NCBI GenBank assembly: GCA_964035545.1
Contig: OZ037766.1
Location: 32,168,773 to 32,232,772 of the forward strand
Direction: 5' to 3'
Length of the DNA stretch: 64,000 bases
Source: Bugula neritina
Lineage: Eukaryota; Animalia; Bryozoa
Shown here: positions 28,908 to 42,573 of the stretch, in pieces
Numbering within the stretch: the stretch's first letter is position 1
How the letters are laid out: every line of letters begins with the position of its first letter
Translations under genes and position numbers: made by a program
Notes under the pieces: model-generated
Told to the model about the DNA's origin: nothing
What the model saw: only the letters and a program-made list of their open reading frames with translations
The model's database searches: none

Positions 28908-30091
28908 ATGAGCGACGACATAGATTTTGATTTCTTTGACTCTCCTGGGCGAACATCTCCAAATAATCTTAGCGCCAACTCGGCTGACAACTCGACTGAA
29001 TCTGCCTCAAGGAACCCCAACTCTCAAAGTCAAACTCAAAGTGAGGTCGATACTTATACTAACTCTAATGGTAGCAGAAATAGCAACACTAGATCTGACA
29101 GTCAAAGTGAGAGTCAACTGGTAGATCAAAGTGCCCAGCTACGCCGCAATAATAACCAACGTTATCATAAATATGATAGTCAAATTGAGAAAGATTTTCA
29201 AACTGAAACTAACTCTCGCCATCACGATCGTCATGATCGTCATTCAGATAGTGATATGGTAAAGCGCTCCGATAAAAGCAAGAGTAAGTCAACATCTAAA
29301 ACAAAAGTTAGTTTGCCAAAATCTGACACATATTCTAAAAAAGTTAGCAGTCATGGTTCTAGAAATAAGCGTTGTGATTACAGTGAAAAGGTGGTAGTGC
29401 AAGCTTCTATTCCTTCGGTGATGCACGAGTCTTCTTCTAGTACAGAAGATAGTGACAGAGATTTTTTTAATATGGCATTAAATGAAGATGATAGCAATGC
29501 TAGATGTAAATCTGATAATCGCAATACAAGTAAACCACCTTTACCTCGTAATGCCAAGCAACCAGATCGTTACTCAGTAAATCGCAATAAACATAAATAT
29601 CACAAAGACTCCAAACACACAAAAACAAATCATTCTAAATACGAAAAGAGAAAAGAACAACAGCTTAGTGATGAAGAATTCAGTGACAGTGCATCATCTT
29701 TTGAAGAAGAAGTACGATTTCATCGTCGAACTAGAAAGGATCTTAAAATAGATCTAGGCGACTTAAGTCCAAGGAGTGATAGTAGTGAAACAGACAGCCA
29801 TAGGTCAAGGAAAACAGACAGCCATAGGTCAAGAAGAACAGACAGTCATAGATCAGGAAGCAGAAGTATTTCGCCTGATTGGTCAACAGGTTAGAAACTT
29901 GGGATTTACTTTTTTCATTTAGTTTTTTTAACACAATCTCTTGGCTACTAGTATTACTATTACTACTAGTAGTACGACTTACTACTAGTAATAGTCTCAC
30001 TTTTATTACTACAACTACTCTAGTATTATTATTACTATCAGCACCATTACTCATAGTGGTAGTATTGAAGGTAGCGTCACTACTACTACTG

Positions 30092-30153
<62 letters not shown>

Positions 30154-33100
30154 ACTGCTACTGCTGCTGCTACTGCCACTATTGTCGATACTGCCACTAT
30201 TACTTTTGCTGCTGATGCTATTACTACTAATGTAGTTACTACTAATACTACTAGTTGTTGGTACTAGTAGTTGCTATAGTATTTTGGTATATCACTACTC
30301 TGAGGTAAAGGTTATATAAGAACTCTTCTTTAGGTTCAGAAAGAGGAAGGCGAAGTTCTAGATCCGCAGAACGTCCCTCTACAAGACGAAGTCGTAGAAG
30401 ATCTAGTAGTTCAGGAAGCAGTATTTCTGTTTCCTCCCTCTCTGATGAAGGTGGTCCTTCTCACAGCTCTAGAGGTGGTTATTACTTTGTTATCAATATT
30501 TAGCCGGCTTAGGTTTTGTGAGTTTAGAAATTAACAAAGGTTACATTACTGAGTGTGTACGTAGGGCTACATGTAGAATTGGTTTCATTAGTTTCATGTA
30601 GCTTCACATGTACCTCTGAACATTATGATTTAAATCTTGAACTAATATCGGTTGTTGATTATAATTGTTATCAAAAATTATTCAATTTCTTTCACAAAAC
30701 ACTTGAAATTTTATTAATGGCATTATTTTTATTAGTAATTTGTTCATCTTTGTGGTGAAACTCCAAATTATTTTATGTCGTAAAATTCTAGTTTTTAATA
30801 TAAAGTTTATACCGTAAGTAATATTTGAAGTTCTAATATACTATATAGCTTACAATCATTTCTCAAAAAAGTCATTGTATCTGACTTTAACTTAATGTTT
30901 CTATTTGGAGCTCCAATATTTCAGCTCCTACAAAAATACTGTAACTTTAATTTGCTCTGTACTCCATGGCATTTTGTGTATAGTGGAAGCTTAATATCAG
31001 TTAGTGTAAAACTCTGTGAGCTTTTCCAACTCATGGTCTACTAGTTAGAAGAGCTGTTTGCGTTCTAGTAAGTTAGTTAGCCTGATATTGTTGTGCAGGT
31101 AAAAGTAATGCAATTACCACTATTGTTCACTTGTTTTCAAAAGGATATTATAGGCAAACATTTTCAAGTTGTCAAGTTGTTTACATAAATAGAATGAAAG
31201 GTTTGAGTACAGCTTTTCAAGCTAGATATTGCTTGATCCACACTTCATGTGTGATATCCATGTGAAAACTGTTCATCATGTAAACATTACACTTATAATT
31301 CAGTTCAACCATAAGCTAGCAGAGAGGTTTGTGAAGTAAAAATGTATGCAGTTACTGGTATATATTTTTACATTGTCTGCAGGTAAATATTTTTCAGCTG
31401 CCTGTTGTTATTCTAGCAAGCTAATTAAACAGGCAATAATACTAAAATAAAAATCATAAATTTGAAAAAAATGACTAACTTAGACTAAAACCCTACCTCT
31501 GTTTCTGTAAAATATAACTGAATCAATTTTAGCTACTATTCAGTATACGTTGATGAATAGCAATGATAGCTTAACCTATCACTTGACTGTAACAATGCAA
31601 GTTTGATTTATGAGTCATGGTTATTGCAGCTGATGAGTTTCATTTGTAGAGGTCACTTCTTCGCAGAAGATAAGGTTTAACGAATCACCCGACAAAGACA
31701 GGTTGAACCTTGAACTTTTGCTGGCAGCGCTGCTTGAAGATGATAAAATTAAGGCAAGCAGCAGACAGAAGGCACTGCTGACTAAATCTTCCCAGAATGC
31801 TTCTGGCCATCGGGCAAATTACACGTTTACGTCGGAGAGAGCGAGGACGATAGACCAAGAAAACCAGCGACTTCTGAATGTAAGTTGTTTACAGCTGTGT
31901 AGTAGAGCTCTTTGTACCTTTCCATATAGTGATGGTAGAGCTCATTGTACCTTCCCATATAGTGGTGGTAGAGCTCATTGTACTTTCCCATATAGTGGTG
32001 GTAGAGCTCTTTGTACCTTTCCATATAGTGGTGGTAGAGCTCTTTGTACCTTTCTATATAGTGGTGGTAGAGCTCTTTGTACCTTTCCATATAGTGGTGG
32101 TAGAGCTCTTTGTATCTTCCCATATAGTGGTGGTAGAGCTCATTGTACTTTCCCATATAGTGGTGGTAGAGCTCTTTGTACCTTTCCATATAGTGGTGGT
32201 AGAGCTCTTTGTACCTTTCTATATAGTGGTGGTAGAGCTCTTTGTACCTTTCCATATAGTGGTGGTAGAGCTCTTTGTACCTTCCCATATAGTGGCAGTA
32301 GAGCTCTTTGTACCTTCCCATATAGTGGTGGTAGAGCTCTTTGTACCTTTCCATATAGTGGTGGTAGAGCTCTTTGTACCTTTCTATATAGTGGTGGTAG
32401 AGCTCTTTGTACCTTTCCATATAGTGGTGGTAGAGCTCTTTGTACCTTTCCATATAGTGGTGGTAGAGCTCATTGTACCTTTCCATATAGTGGTGGTAGA
32501 GCTCTTTGTACCTTTCCATATAGTGGTGGTAGAGCTCTTTGTACCTTTCCATATAGTGGTGGTAGGGCTCTTTGTACCTTTCCATATAGTGGTGGTAGAG
32601 CTCTTTGAGCGGACAACTTCACTTGAACAATACTGCTAGAATTCTTTACTTGCTATTCTATTAACCAAGAAATTGTTGAAACTTGTTTCTAATAACAAGA
32701 AGGGGTGTTCAATAAAGTAATATATTGAGAATCTGTTGGTCACATCTCATAGTGAACGGTTTAACTCACAATGCCGGTTAAACTCAGATCATTTGCCTAG
32801 CGACTGTATTGCGCATGTGTCTTGGTGCCAGCTGTAAGCAAACAACCTTTTCTAGAACATACTAGCACAGCGGGCTAGTCGCTCTCGTAAAGACGGGAGG
32901 CCTTCCTCGGCCACCAGCTCCGGGACCACACAGAAACCTAAATCCAAGGCTAAGCCAGCTGCAAATCCTCCAATGAGAGTCACGCCGTTCTCCGTGAACA
33001 GAATGAGAGAGCAGCAGCGAATAGAGCGCGAGAACCTGGTGAGTGTCGCTCTCAGCGTGTCATGTGTGCTATGCTGACTTTGGTCAGCTTCAGATATGTC

Positions 33101-33867
33101 ACATCTGCTCAGTCTAACTAACTTGATATCTTATAAACTTTGAAATTATCACATTACGCTGAAAGACAAAGATGCCCAATAAGGTATCATGTAACTTTGA
33201 ACAATGCTATGATTGTACAAGAGATGCTGACGTGTTGTAGGCGCTGCTGAAACGACTGAACAAGGTGAAGCCGTCAGCGGATGTGAGCCGAGACAAAGCG
33301 CTGACAGACTATCAGAGGCAGCTGGCGTACTACTGTCCAGAATTGAGAACAGCCGGCTCTGGAGACGGTTACGGAGCTAGAGGTGAGAGGTTGTTATCGT
33401 ATTACTGAGCTGTTTACGTGTTGCTAGGCAACGTAATGTAATTAGCATATATGCTAATGTTGCTATGCTTCTCAAGGAGTTTATTGTATAGTTGTGAAAA
33501 TAATATTAAATTTTAAATACAATAATACTGGTGATATTAGTGTAGACCTTCAAGTATTTGGCAGCAGTCGTCTGATACTTTACTGTCATAGTTAACTGAA
33601 ACGGAGTTCAGGCTTTGTACTGTTTATATCTCAGCTGGAGCCAAAGGTCGTCCGGGCAGTGCTGCGTATACCAGGCCTGGAAGTGGCTATAATCAATATT
33701 CCAGGACAGCTAGACCCGCGAGTGCCACAAACAGACCTAATAGCGCCACAAACAGACCTAATAGCGCCACAAACAGACCTAATAGCGCCACAACTAGACC
33801 ACTTAGTGCCACCGGAAGGATAACTTCATCTGTGAAAAGAAGACCAGAGTGGCAAACAGGCTGGTAG
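28908..33867 (+). CDS. CFAP97: Cilia- and flagella-associated protein 97 (KIAA1430/hemingway family)
   Basis: Exons 28908-29889, 30334-30474, 31650-31879, 32856-33038, 33241-33382 and 33635-33867 are all phase-consistent. N-terminal DFDFFDS, then NYTFTSERARTIDQENQRLL and SVNRMREQQRIERENLALLKRLNKVKPS...DYQRQ, which match the KIAA1430 domain as recalled. Confidence 0.9.
29945..30275. repeat. (CTA/CTG)n-rich microsatellite region, CFAP97 intron 1
   Basis: Pure (CTG)n run at ~30103-30151 inside a CTA/CTG-rich tract. Confidence 0.9.
31900..32606. repeat. 33-bp minisatellite (agagctctttgtacctttccatatagtggtggt), ~21 copies
   Basis: Starts ~20 bp after the donor at 31880 of CFAP97 intron 3. Confidence 0.96.
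33712..33811 (+). repeat. Coding 21-bp repeat (RPxSATN) in the last CFAP97 exon
   Basis: RPASATN RPNSATN RPNSATN RPNSATT RPLSAT. Confidence 0.9.
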
Positions 33868-34870
33868 TGGCCCACTGCTTCTACTACCACTTACTATTGA
33901 CCTCTTCAGTTTTGACATTGTGGTTTTCTTCTTAAAACACTGACTTCCTGTTTGGCAACGTCTGCTGGCGCTTTGTTTATTATAATCCGGTGTAATTGGA
34001 AAGACAATCCCTCACTGTTTCCTTTATATCTGCTTGTATTGTTTATTATTTGTTACATACTTTTCATTAGTTTGACTTTTCTCAGTACAACTTGTAACGA
34101 CATTATTTTGCTCGGAGTTGCCTCACCTAATGAGTTATATTCTATTTGGAGTTCTCTTACGGCCATAATTCTCTCTAATGAAGCTGTCTTATTACAAGCA
34201 ACTCCTTCTCTTCCTTTTTGAAACTTCTTTTCGTACAGCTACAGTTTTTCAATTTTAGTTCTATATCTTTTATTTCTTTATGTATTCTCTTATTTTCTTT
34301 TAGATTTTCGAATGCAGTACACTTGTTGTAAGCTAGCACCTCTGTTCAAACTGCTGCTAAACTTATAATATTCTGTGTTATAAAAGTTAAAATAAATACA
34401 AAAAAACTAAATCAGCTGCGTAATGTCTGTTGCTATGATGTTTACTCGAGTATTGCTACAACTCACGCATCAGAAAATACGTACAGATACTCTCAGTATA
34501 GATACACGTAGTCCAGCTTACGCTATATGCATGTTTATGTATTAAATTTATAAAAATAAAAGTTTTGATATATAATAATTAACTAAAAGATAACAAAGAT
34601 ATACTTTCATAATAGCACCAATTACTACACTGTATATAACATTATAATATAATCAATAATATCTTCACACTGGAGAGGAAATATAATTCTGCACAACATC
34701 CTGCATTTCTATGTAAAAGTTTGAATAATATAATCAAATTCAACTGAAGCAAATCATATATTTATCTCCCAATGGAGGATACAGCATATCACTTAGTTTT
34801 ATGAATTAAAAATACAATGTGTACAGCTAGTTAGCCTTTGAAATATAATTCACTCCGAACCCTCAACTAT

Positions 34871-37800
34871 TTACAGAAGTTTAGGTTGCTGAGATCTTTT
34901 TCTGTAAATCGTATCTCGCAGTGATCGAGCAATTTTGACGCTCTGAGGTCGATCTTGCATGTCATCCAGGTTCTCCGGAGATGTCTTAATGCAGTGAATA
35001 ATTTCAATGTCAATCAACTCGGTGTGAACACTCTTAGCCTCTTTTTCAATTTCCTCGAGACTGTTTGTGAAGGAGTTTAGATCAGCCGTGATGGTGCTGT
35101 GACTAGTTGTGTTCTGCTCCAGCCTCTTTCTCATCTCGACTTTCTTCAGTGTCTTCTGCTGCAACTCCTCGTTTACCGTCTGCAATTCACTTTTGATCTG
35201 CTCTAACTTCTACAACAACCAATCAGGGCTTCTGATACACAATATAAACTTCTACAACAACCAATCAGGGCTTCTGATACACAATATAAACTTCTACAAC
35301 AACCAATCAGTGCTTCTGATATAAACTAGATTTAACGATTCCTATTATTAAAACTTCGTTACACAATATTAATTGTAATTATAAAACCTTATTTAAAACT
35401 AAAAGTGAAAACAACAAAATTGTGTGAAGACTTTCCATGAAAGCATTTCCTGTTTCGAGTCATCAGCTTAATAAAAGATAATAAATAGAATATTGATATA
35501 AATATTTTTTACTGATTCATCTTCTGCTTATATTAAAACAGTTCTAAAAATTGACTAACATCAACGCTACTTCTAAAAAAAATTATTCTAACTTTTTCTA
35601 AGGATTTCCTTGTTTTGAGCAAATGCTGGCGTTTGATGAGCAGCCTCTGGTTTCGTTTGGTGGAGGAAATGGTGTGGTTGAGAAAGTCTATAGCATTCTG
35701 CTCTCTCTCCATCTCTACTTCGGTAGACTGTATGATGTTCTCCTTGTTGTTCAGCTGAGTCTGGAGCTCATCCATTTCCTGGTCCAACAGTTCAACTTGC
35801 TCCTGCAACATAACATACAGTGAAACCTCAACATAACAAACAGTGAAACCTCAACATAACACGTAGTGAAACCTCTTGCATATCTATCTGGAGGCTGAAC
35901 TACAATCTAGATGCAGTTTTACACAAATAATATAAAATTCTAGTACCTATAGCTACAGATTATGAGTGAATTAGAAAATTAAGTTGATGAAATATAAAGG
36001 TTGTGTCTATGTTTTCAACATTTGTACGGCACAATAAGGGTTATTGGTCCTTTAGCACGGCATGCAGAAAAGCATCTTAGCAAATTTATTTAATGGCTAA
36101 CTACACAATTTAAATGCAGTATTATAAAAATAAATTAGATTGTTCAATACACAAAACAAGTGAATTAGAAAATTAAGTTTATAAAATATTTACTGTGTGT
36201 CTGTTTTTCAACAATGTTTCACTGCATAGTCATGATTATTTTAATAGTGTTTACTTTTATAAGCTTAACTACAATGTGGAAACATTGTTTTGTCAACTAT
36301 AGGAAGAACGATCAACCAGATCTAATTCCAGATAAGCTTCTTATTACTGAAACATGTTACCACACACGGTTCATCTGCTATAAGTAGCGGAATTAAGTTT
36401 TTGTTCAAACATTAAAATGAGACAGGCCAATTCATCTCACTGGGTTTATTTTTAGAGTAGAAATAAATCAATACTATTGTACCCACAGCCAGATGCAAGT
36501 ATGTATCATACTGTTTTAGATTTAGTAGGTATGTATTTTCTTATTCAAAAGGCTTATTATCATTATCAAGCTTTGAATTAAACAATGGCTTTCTTTCACA
36601 TATGCCACCATGCAACTTCTAGCTGAAATTAGACTAATATATATCGTCTATCATATCTCTTTAAGAATGTAGAGTTAATCCTATGGCATCCAACTTTGTG
36701 AACCATACAACATTAGTACTCAAATACTTACTTTATATGCTATGTGAGTATGCAATATTAAACTTAGATTTATTACTATTATGTGCACATAGCTACAGGC
36801 TATGTGGCAATGCAATGCTAACTTTTGTATGTTATGTGACTATACAATACTAACCTTGTTCTGCTGTAGAAGTAATGTTGCCATGACTACATGTAATGTG
36901 ACTATACAATGCTAACCTTATTCTGCTGCAGAAGTAATGTTGCCATGACTACATGTAATGTGACTATACAATGCTAACCTTATTCTGCTGTAGAAGTAAT
37001 GTTGACATGACTACATGTAATGTGACTATACAATGCTAACCTTATTCTGCTGTAAAAGTAATGTTGCCATGACTACATGTAATGTGACTATACAATGCTA
37101 ACCTTATTCTGCTGTAGAAGTAATGTTGCCATGTACACGCTGTTTATCTTGTCTAATTGTAGTTGCCGTTTCTCTGACAATGCCACTTCGCATTCAACTT
37201 TCCTCTTCCGGCATTCGGTCATCACGGTTGCTATTTCCGTCACAAAGTGCTCTTCTCTAAATTAGCATAAAATAGATTAACGCGAGTTGCCTATAACCAC
37301 TTCTTGCTCCTATTCAAAACCCAAGTCTAATGAACAATTGGAACCTAGTCTATACATTGAAAAGTAAACTGTGGTTAAAGGATCATAATTCTACCACAAA
37401 ATTCTGTTTAAAACTTGGGCTAAACAAAATAAATATGCTTGATGAAAAGATTAGGTAATATTTCCACCCAAACAACATCAGGGTTTTAAAAAGTAAAATT
37501 TCTTTATTGTTTGATAAATAAAACTGGCTGTAATTTTGATGAAAAGTTGCTAGGCTTTGCTGACTTTTGGACTAATAATAAACTCAAAGAAGCCGCATCT
37601 TGCAGAACTTTCTTATACAAATATTGTATGCAATGCAGCAAACATTTCTCTAATATTTATTTATCAACAATACATTTGAGATCTCCTCAAGTGCTTGATT
37701 AAAGATAAGTTTATACAAATATATTTCATATCAAAGATCACAAGCTGTTGTTGCTCAGTGAAGGTGACTTATATTGAAGCTGTCAGCTTTATTTAGCTTA

Positions 37801-38932
37801 ATCTTTGCACTCGTCTATATTCATACCAATAACATGTAAACTATATTGACTTTAGGTGCAGCACTGCAAGAAATAATTGTTATACAAATTAGCAATTCCG
37901 AGGTTCAAAATTTTGCATAACCATACCTGCTACCTTATTTCAACACATATATCTACTTGAGAAGCAGAAAAATGTTATATCAAAGAGCAATTAAATAAAC
38001 TTGCATGTGTTTTAGATGTCAATTGTTAAAAAATAGTCATGCTTGTTGCGTACATTTCAACTTGTGTCTCAAAATAAACATTCGTTAGAAGAATGAAAAT
38101 ATTTAGATTCTTAGAAATTAAAAATACTGCACCAAATTGAACAATTACATTGAAACAGACATCTATAAAGCCTTATAAAAGCAGAAGTCAAAATATGAAT
38201 TATTATACCAAAGTGCATTTATGTAGAATAACTAAACAATTAACAATGTTGCTGCCACAGCTTCCTGTACCTGTTTAGAAGGTCATTGGAAAGAGATGTC
38301 AATATTTTCAGCTTTATGATAGAATCTCGAGGTAAATGCATTATCAGGAGTTGTCCCTGCGTAACTTTCTCCAGTAGATTTCTGTAAATATGATTGAAAC
38401 TGACACCCACTGACACCTCAATACTACTGTCCATAATATATTATATGATATACATGACAGTTGACTGATACCTGGTGACACCTCATTAGATTAATCAAAC
38501 TTGATACATGTATCCAATGTAGAAACTGCAAAAACAGAGCCTTTAGCCATAGTACCATAAATGTCGCTTGCCAACCCACAAGCACCTAAGGCTAGCTAAG
38601 ACCATCCAAGGCTAGCTAAGACTCACTTGTCTACTTTAGTTTGATACGTCTGGCACTGAGAAATTAGTCTGTGGTGCAGCTTTTCCACCGTAGACATCTT
38701 CTGCATGACTTGTCTGCTGTATTCAGCTGTTAAACTTGTGTTGGTCTCCGTGGGAAACACCATCTGGTTGTTGAACATTAGCAGCAGTTTCGACAGCACC
38801 TGCAACCAGGTAGAGTATAGATACAAATATATATAAATAGCTGTAGACATCAGGGAAGGTGAAGAGCAAGCTATGCAGGAATAAACACACAGACACACAG
38901 AGAAATATATATATATATAAACATACAGACAT

Positions 38933-38987
<55 letters not shown>

Positions 38988-40481
38988 TACAGACAGACGG
39001 ACGGACAGACAGACAGACACAAAGTGTAAAATATCACTCATAACACAGATCTGATTCAACAAGAAGCTGATGACATACCACACTCTGGTAGCCACTCCTG
39101 ATGTCATTTATATGCTGCATGACGGCATGGAACTTTTCCCAGTATTGAGTGGCAAAGGAAATGAGTTCAGCCTCAGCTCCGGTGGCTCTCAAATCATTTA
39201 TTAGGGTGAGCATCCGCACCTCACAATCCACACTTATGATCTTCAAGTTCTTTTCAGCTAAAAACTAAGTAAAGCATTTTAATTAAAGGTAAATATCTGT
39301 TAGTAAATTAGCTAGGTTTTGCCTGCCTGTCAAACTTTCTTTGATTATCTACCAGAAAGGCCTTCTACAAGTAGTAGGGGGATTGCAACTTTAGAGTATT
39401 TTACACTGGGAGTATAATATACTGTCATGAAATCTTTAATTAAACAAAAGGTGGCTTTAAATTTAATGTTACGTAACATTGTGTCAAGTTAAATATTTTT
39501 CATGATTATCTAGCATTACATAACAATTCAAAGGAACAGGAGGTAATAGTAATAGAATAGTAGGAGAGAATGGTTTCTCTGAACAGTGAAATATATATAA
39601 TATTATGTAATCGTTATACAAGCAAAGTCTACTAAACTAATCTGCTCAAAAGGTTTAGAGTTTAGACTATAGCATATTCTCATTCAAATGACATTTCAAT
39701 AATACAGATTTAGTACAGAATCCTAGAGCTAAATGGGGCTAAGTGGAGCTAAGATCTAATAACAACTTGTGATGTCACAGAGTAGCTGTTATACACTGAT
39801 TTTAGGCAATAATGGCACAGGTAATAAGGACACAGGTAATAATGGTACAAATGGCAAAGTAGGTATAAATGGCATTTTTTCAATATTAAGGCAAAGGGTG
39901 GGAGTTGGAGGTTTAGATGGGGTTTGCTGTATAGGATGGGGGCATAGGTTTGAGGATGGAGATAAAAGTTTGTGCCATTATTACCTGTGCCATTATTACC
40001 CATGTGCCAGTTTTGTCTTATACACTAAGAGCTGATGCAGTAATTCATGTGTGAATGCTGAGGTTTCAAATACCTGAATTTTGTTTCCCTTAATCTATGC
40101 GCTGCATAAGACACACCTTCAGTTAGCTACACACATAACCTGTGATCCAGTAGTTATCCTAACACATTAAATGTTACTCACAGGCTAAAGTATATTATAG
40201 AACTGCAGTGAGCTACCCTGTGAGCTACCCTGTGGGCTACACAAAACCAGTAACTAACTCTTAGTTTTAACTCTTCTATCTAGAAGGTAAGCCATAGACT
40301 GTATTCTTACCTCTAAACACCTGGTAAACTGATACTCCGTCTCTGTCCACCCCTGCTCAGTAGTGTAAACAGGGTAGAGCTTTTCACACTCAGCAATATC
40401 AGTCTGCACTGAAAGCACCTTTGAGCGGAGAGAGTGTATATTAGCGAGGTATTCCTTCTCACCCCCACTTGTCCCTTCCAT
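34871..40481 (-). CDS. Uncharacterised alpha-helical / coiled-coil protein (~450 aa)
   Basis: Phase-consistent exons 40311-40481, 40140-40158 (19-nt micro-exon), 39079-39257, 38627-38799, 38271-38381, 37103-37256, 35593-35802 and 34871-35209. C-terminal half is heptad-rich (EQVELLDQEMDELQTQLNNKE...). Likely 5'UTR exon with donor at ~41049. Confidence 0.8.
35206..35321. repeat. 42-bp tandem triplication of a 3' splice site
   Basis: aacttctacaacaaccaatcag(g/t)gcttctgata x3, spanning the acceptor at 35210. Confidence 0.9.
36835..37132. repeat. 62-bp tandem repeat of an exon end plus 5' splice site (x5)
   Basis: Unit tgtgactatacaatgctaaccttattctgctgtagaagtaatgttgccatgactacatgtaa; on - it contains ...CAGAATAAG|gttagc. 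Confidence 0.92.
38920..39020. repeat. (ACAG)n microsatellite
   Basis: Tetranucleotide run in an intron. Confidence 0.95.
39796..40010. mobile_element. Short non-autonomous element with inverted subterminal repeats
   Basis: ggtaataatggcaca-type motifs repeated at the left end and inverted (tgtgccattattacc x2) at the right end; related copy near 23500. Confidence 0.6.
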
Positions 40482-42573
40482 TTTACTAAAAAATAAAGCT
40501 ATCATTAAATCGATTTCAAGACAATATACGCAACATTTATAATGATTTATAACTTGAAAAAAGTGAAAAATGAAAAGAATATGACAAATCACTGTTAGTG
40601 GTCCACATTAAACTAAAACTTAGGCTATGACTATACTTAGCCCATAGGCTTGAACCTGTCCAATGATGTATGGAATCAAAATTTTCAATTTATCAGGAGA
40701 TTCAGCAATAGGTATATGCAGAATTCAAGCTTGTTTGTGACTTTCAAGGATAAGCATAGATAGATGTATTGCAGGGTATTCTTACAAGCACAGTGCTATA
40801 ATAAGCATTCACTACTCTTAATTTAAAAAACAGCTACAAAGTACTAAACATTTTCCAACATTCTTACTGAAATAATAGTCTCAATAAAGATATAACCGTT
40901 GTTCAAATTAATATTGAATTATATTAGAAAGTTTTCTTGTGTAACAATACGATTTGACTCAGAATTTGACGAACCCTTCACACTGTTTAGAAAAGAAATT
41001 GACAAAACTGGATGTTAGAAGTGAGGAAACAAGGTTATTAGTCACTCACCTGAACTCAAGTGATTGTAATACTGGCAGCAGGTTTGAGTCAGCCAGTGTC
41101 AACAGAGAATCTCATTGGCTGAAGTCAGTTGATATACTCAATTGGTATGTACTCATGGAATTTAATATACTCACTACAGATAAGCCTCTGCGCTAACTTA
41201 CAAACTAATTCTATGTTTTAATCTCAAATTATGCTTTTGCTGACTTGCGAACTATTTAGCCAATGTTCCTTGAATTACTTATATCGATTAGGATTAGTTA
41301 GTGGGGGTCCCTGCTTACAAAAAGTGCTCATGCTAACAAATAAATTTGCATAGAATTTCACAATGAGCCATGCAAATGCATAGTGATATGTAATGTTGAT
41401 CTTAGTTTAACTATTGTTATAATTCCTTTATTTATAAAGGCCTGTATTTACTTTTACAACACAGTGAAACAATGGCTGTGAGCTCAACTTAATATTTTAT
41501 ATACAAATAATAAAAGTGATTCAGTTGGACTGTTAATATAATACCATTCTATTCAAAGTCCAAATGTTTTTTCTTCTATTAGAATACTTCAAATTTGACT
41601 TTTTAACAGTTCTTTGATCTACAACAAGCTATGTTGTTCTAAATAACCTAATAATAGTTGAAAAATGTTTATGGATACTAAAATTAGTGTAGGCCTGCAA
41701 TTCCTATGCAGCCAAATATCTGAAAGTAAAGTTGCAGCCATAATGTAAGATGCAAAGCAGTCATAAGTTTGGACATGTAAACTAAAGAAAAACAATTTAA
41801 GTTGCATACTTATTTTAATATCATTGATTCATTCAAAAATTTAAATAAGTCTAAATTAGCAGACAATTTAAAACAACTCAAATATGTTGAGTTAACTATA
41901 CTTCACAATTTTCATTTTATATTAAAATGCAACTTTACTTAAAAATATTATTCTAAAATTCATGTTTCTGCATCAATTCTCTCCCGTGGCTTTCTAATAC
42001 TTTTTTTCTAGCTGTAGGTGCACTTGTTTTGCAAACCATATTACATAGTATTTAGGGCTTAGACAAACAATACAACTTTATAAAATGAAGTAACTTTAAA
42101 TAATAAGAAATTCAACAGTTTCAACACTTGAAAACTGAAGGTGTATGCACACACGTTGAGAGTATCATCACAACACAAGGTTTTCAGTATAGTAACTGCG
42201 CATTCACTAAGTCTAAACCAAAGCTAGTCATGTATAAACAGCAAAACTTTGTCCATGTTACAAATGCATCATCTAAGTACTTCATTATTTTGAAATGAGT
42301 AGATTCTAACAGCTGTATTTATTGAGAAGCACAATGTGCCATGGGAGAGTAACTCCAAGCTGAGCAGTTCAATAAAACGTTTGATAAAACATGTTGATAT
42401 TTTGAGTTAGTTTTTATTTCCCCAAACCATAAAGCAAAAACACAACTTTGAAAGGCCGAATAATTGAATAGCAAGCAACTAACTGCATGCAATTAACAAC
42501 AATGCTTGAATACTTTAGCATATTATTGCACTTACAAATTTAACAGAGATGAAAAATAAGCAAGAAGCAATAA

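Noticed and set aside
29879-30235. Poly-Leu membrane-like ORF
   Set aside because: CTG/CTA microsatellite in CFAP97 intron 1.
31827-32639. Repeat ORFs (CTFPYSGGRAL, MERYKELYHHY, VVELFVPFHI)
   Set aside because: Intronic 33-bp minisatellite; CFAP97 splices out at 31880 and resumes in frame at 32856.
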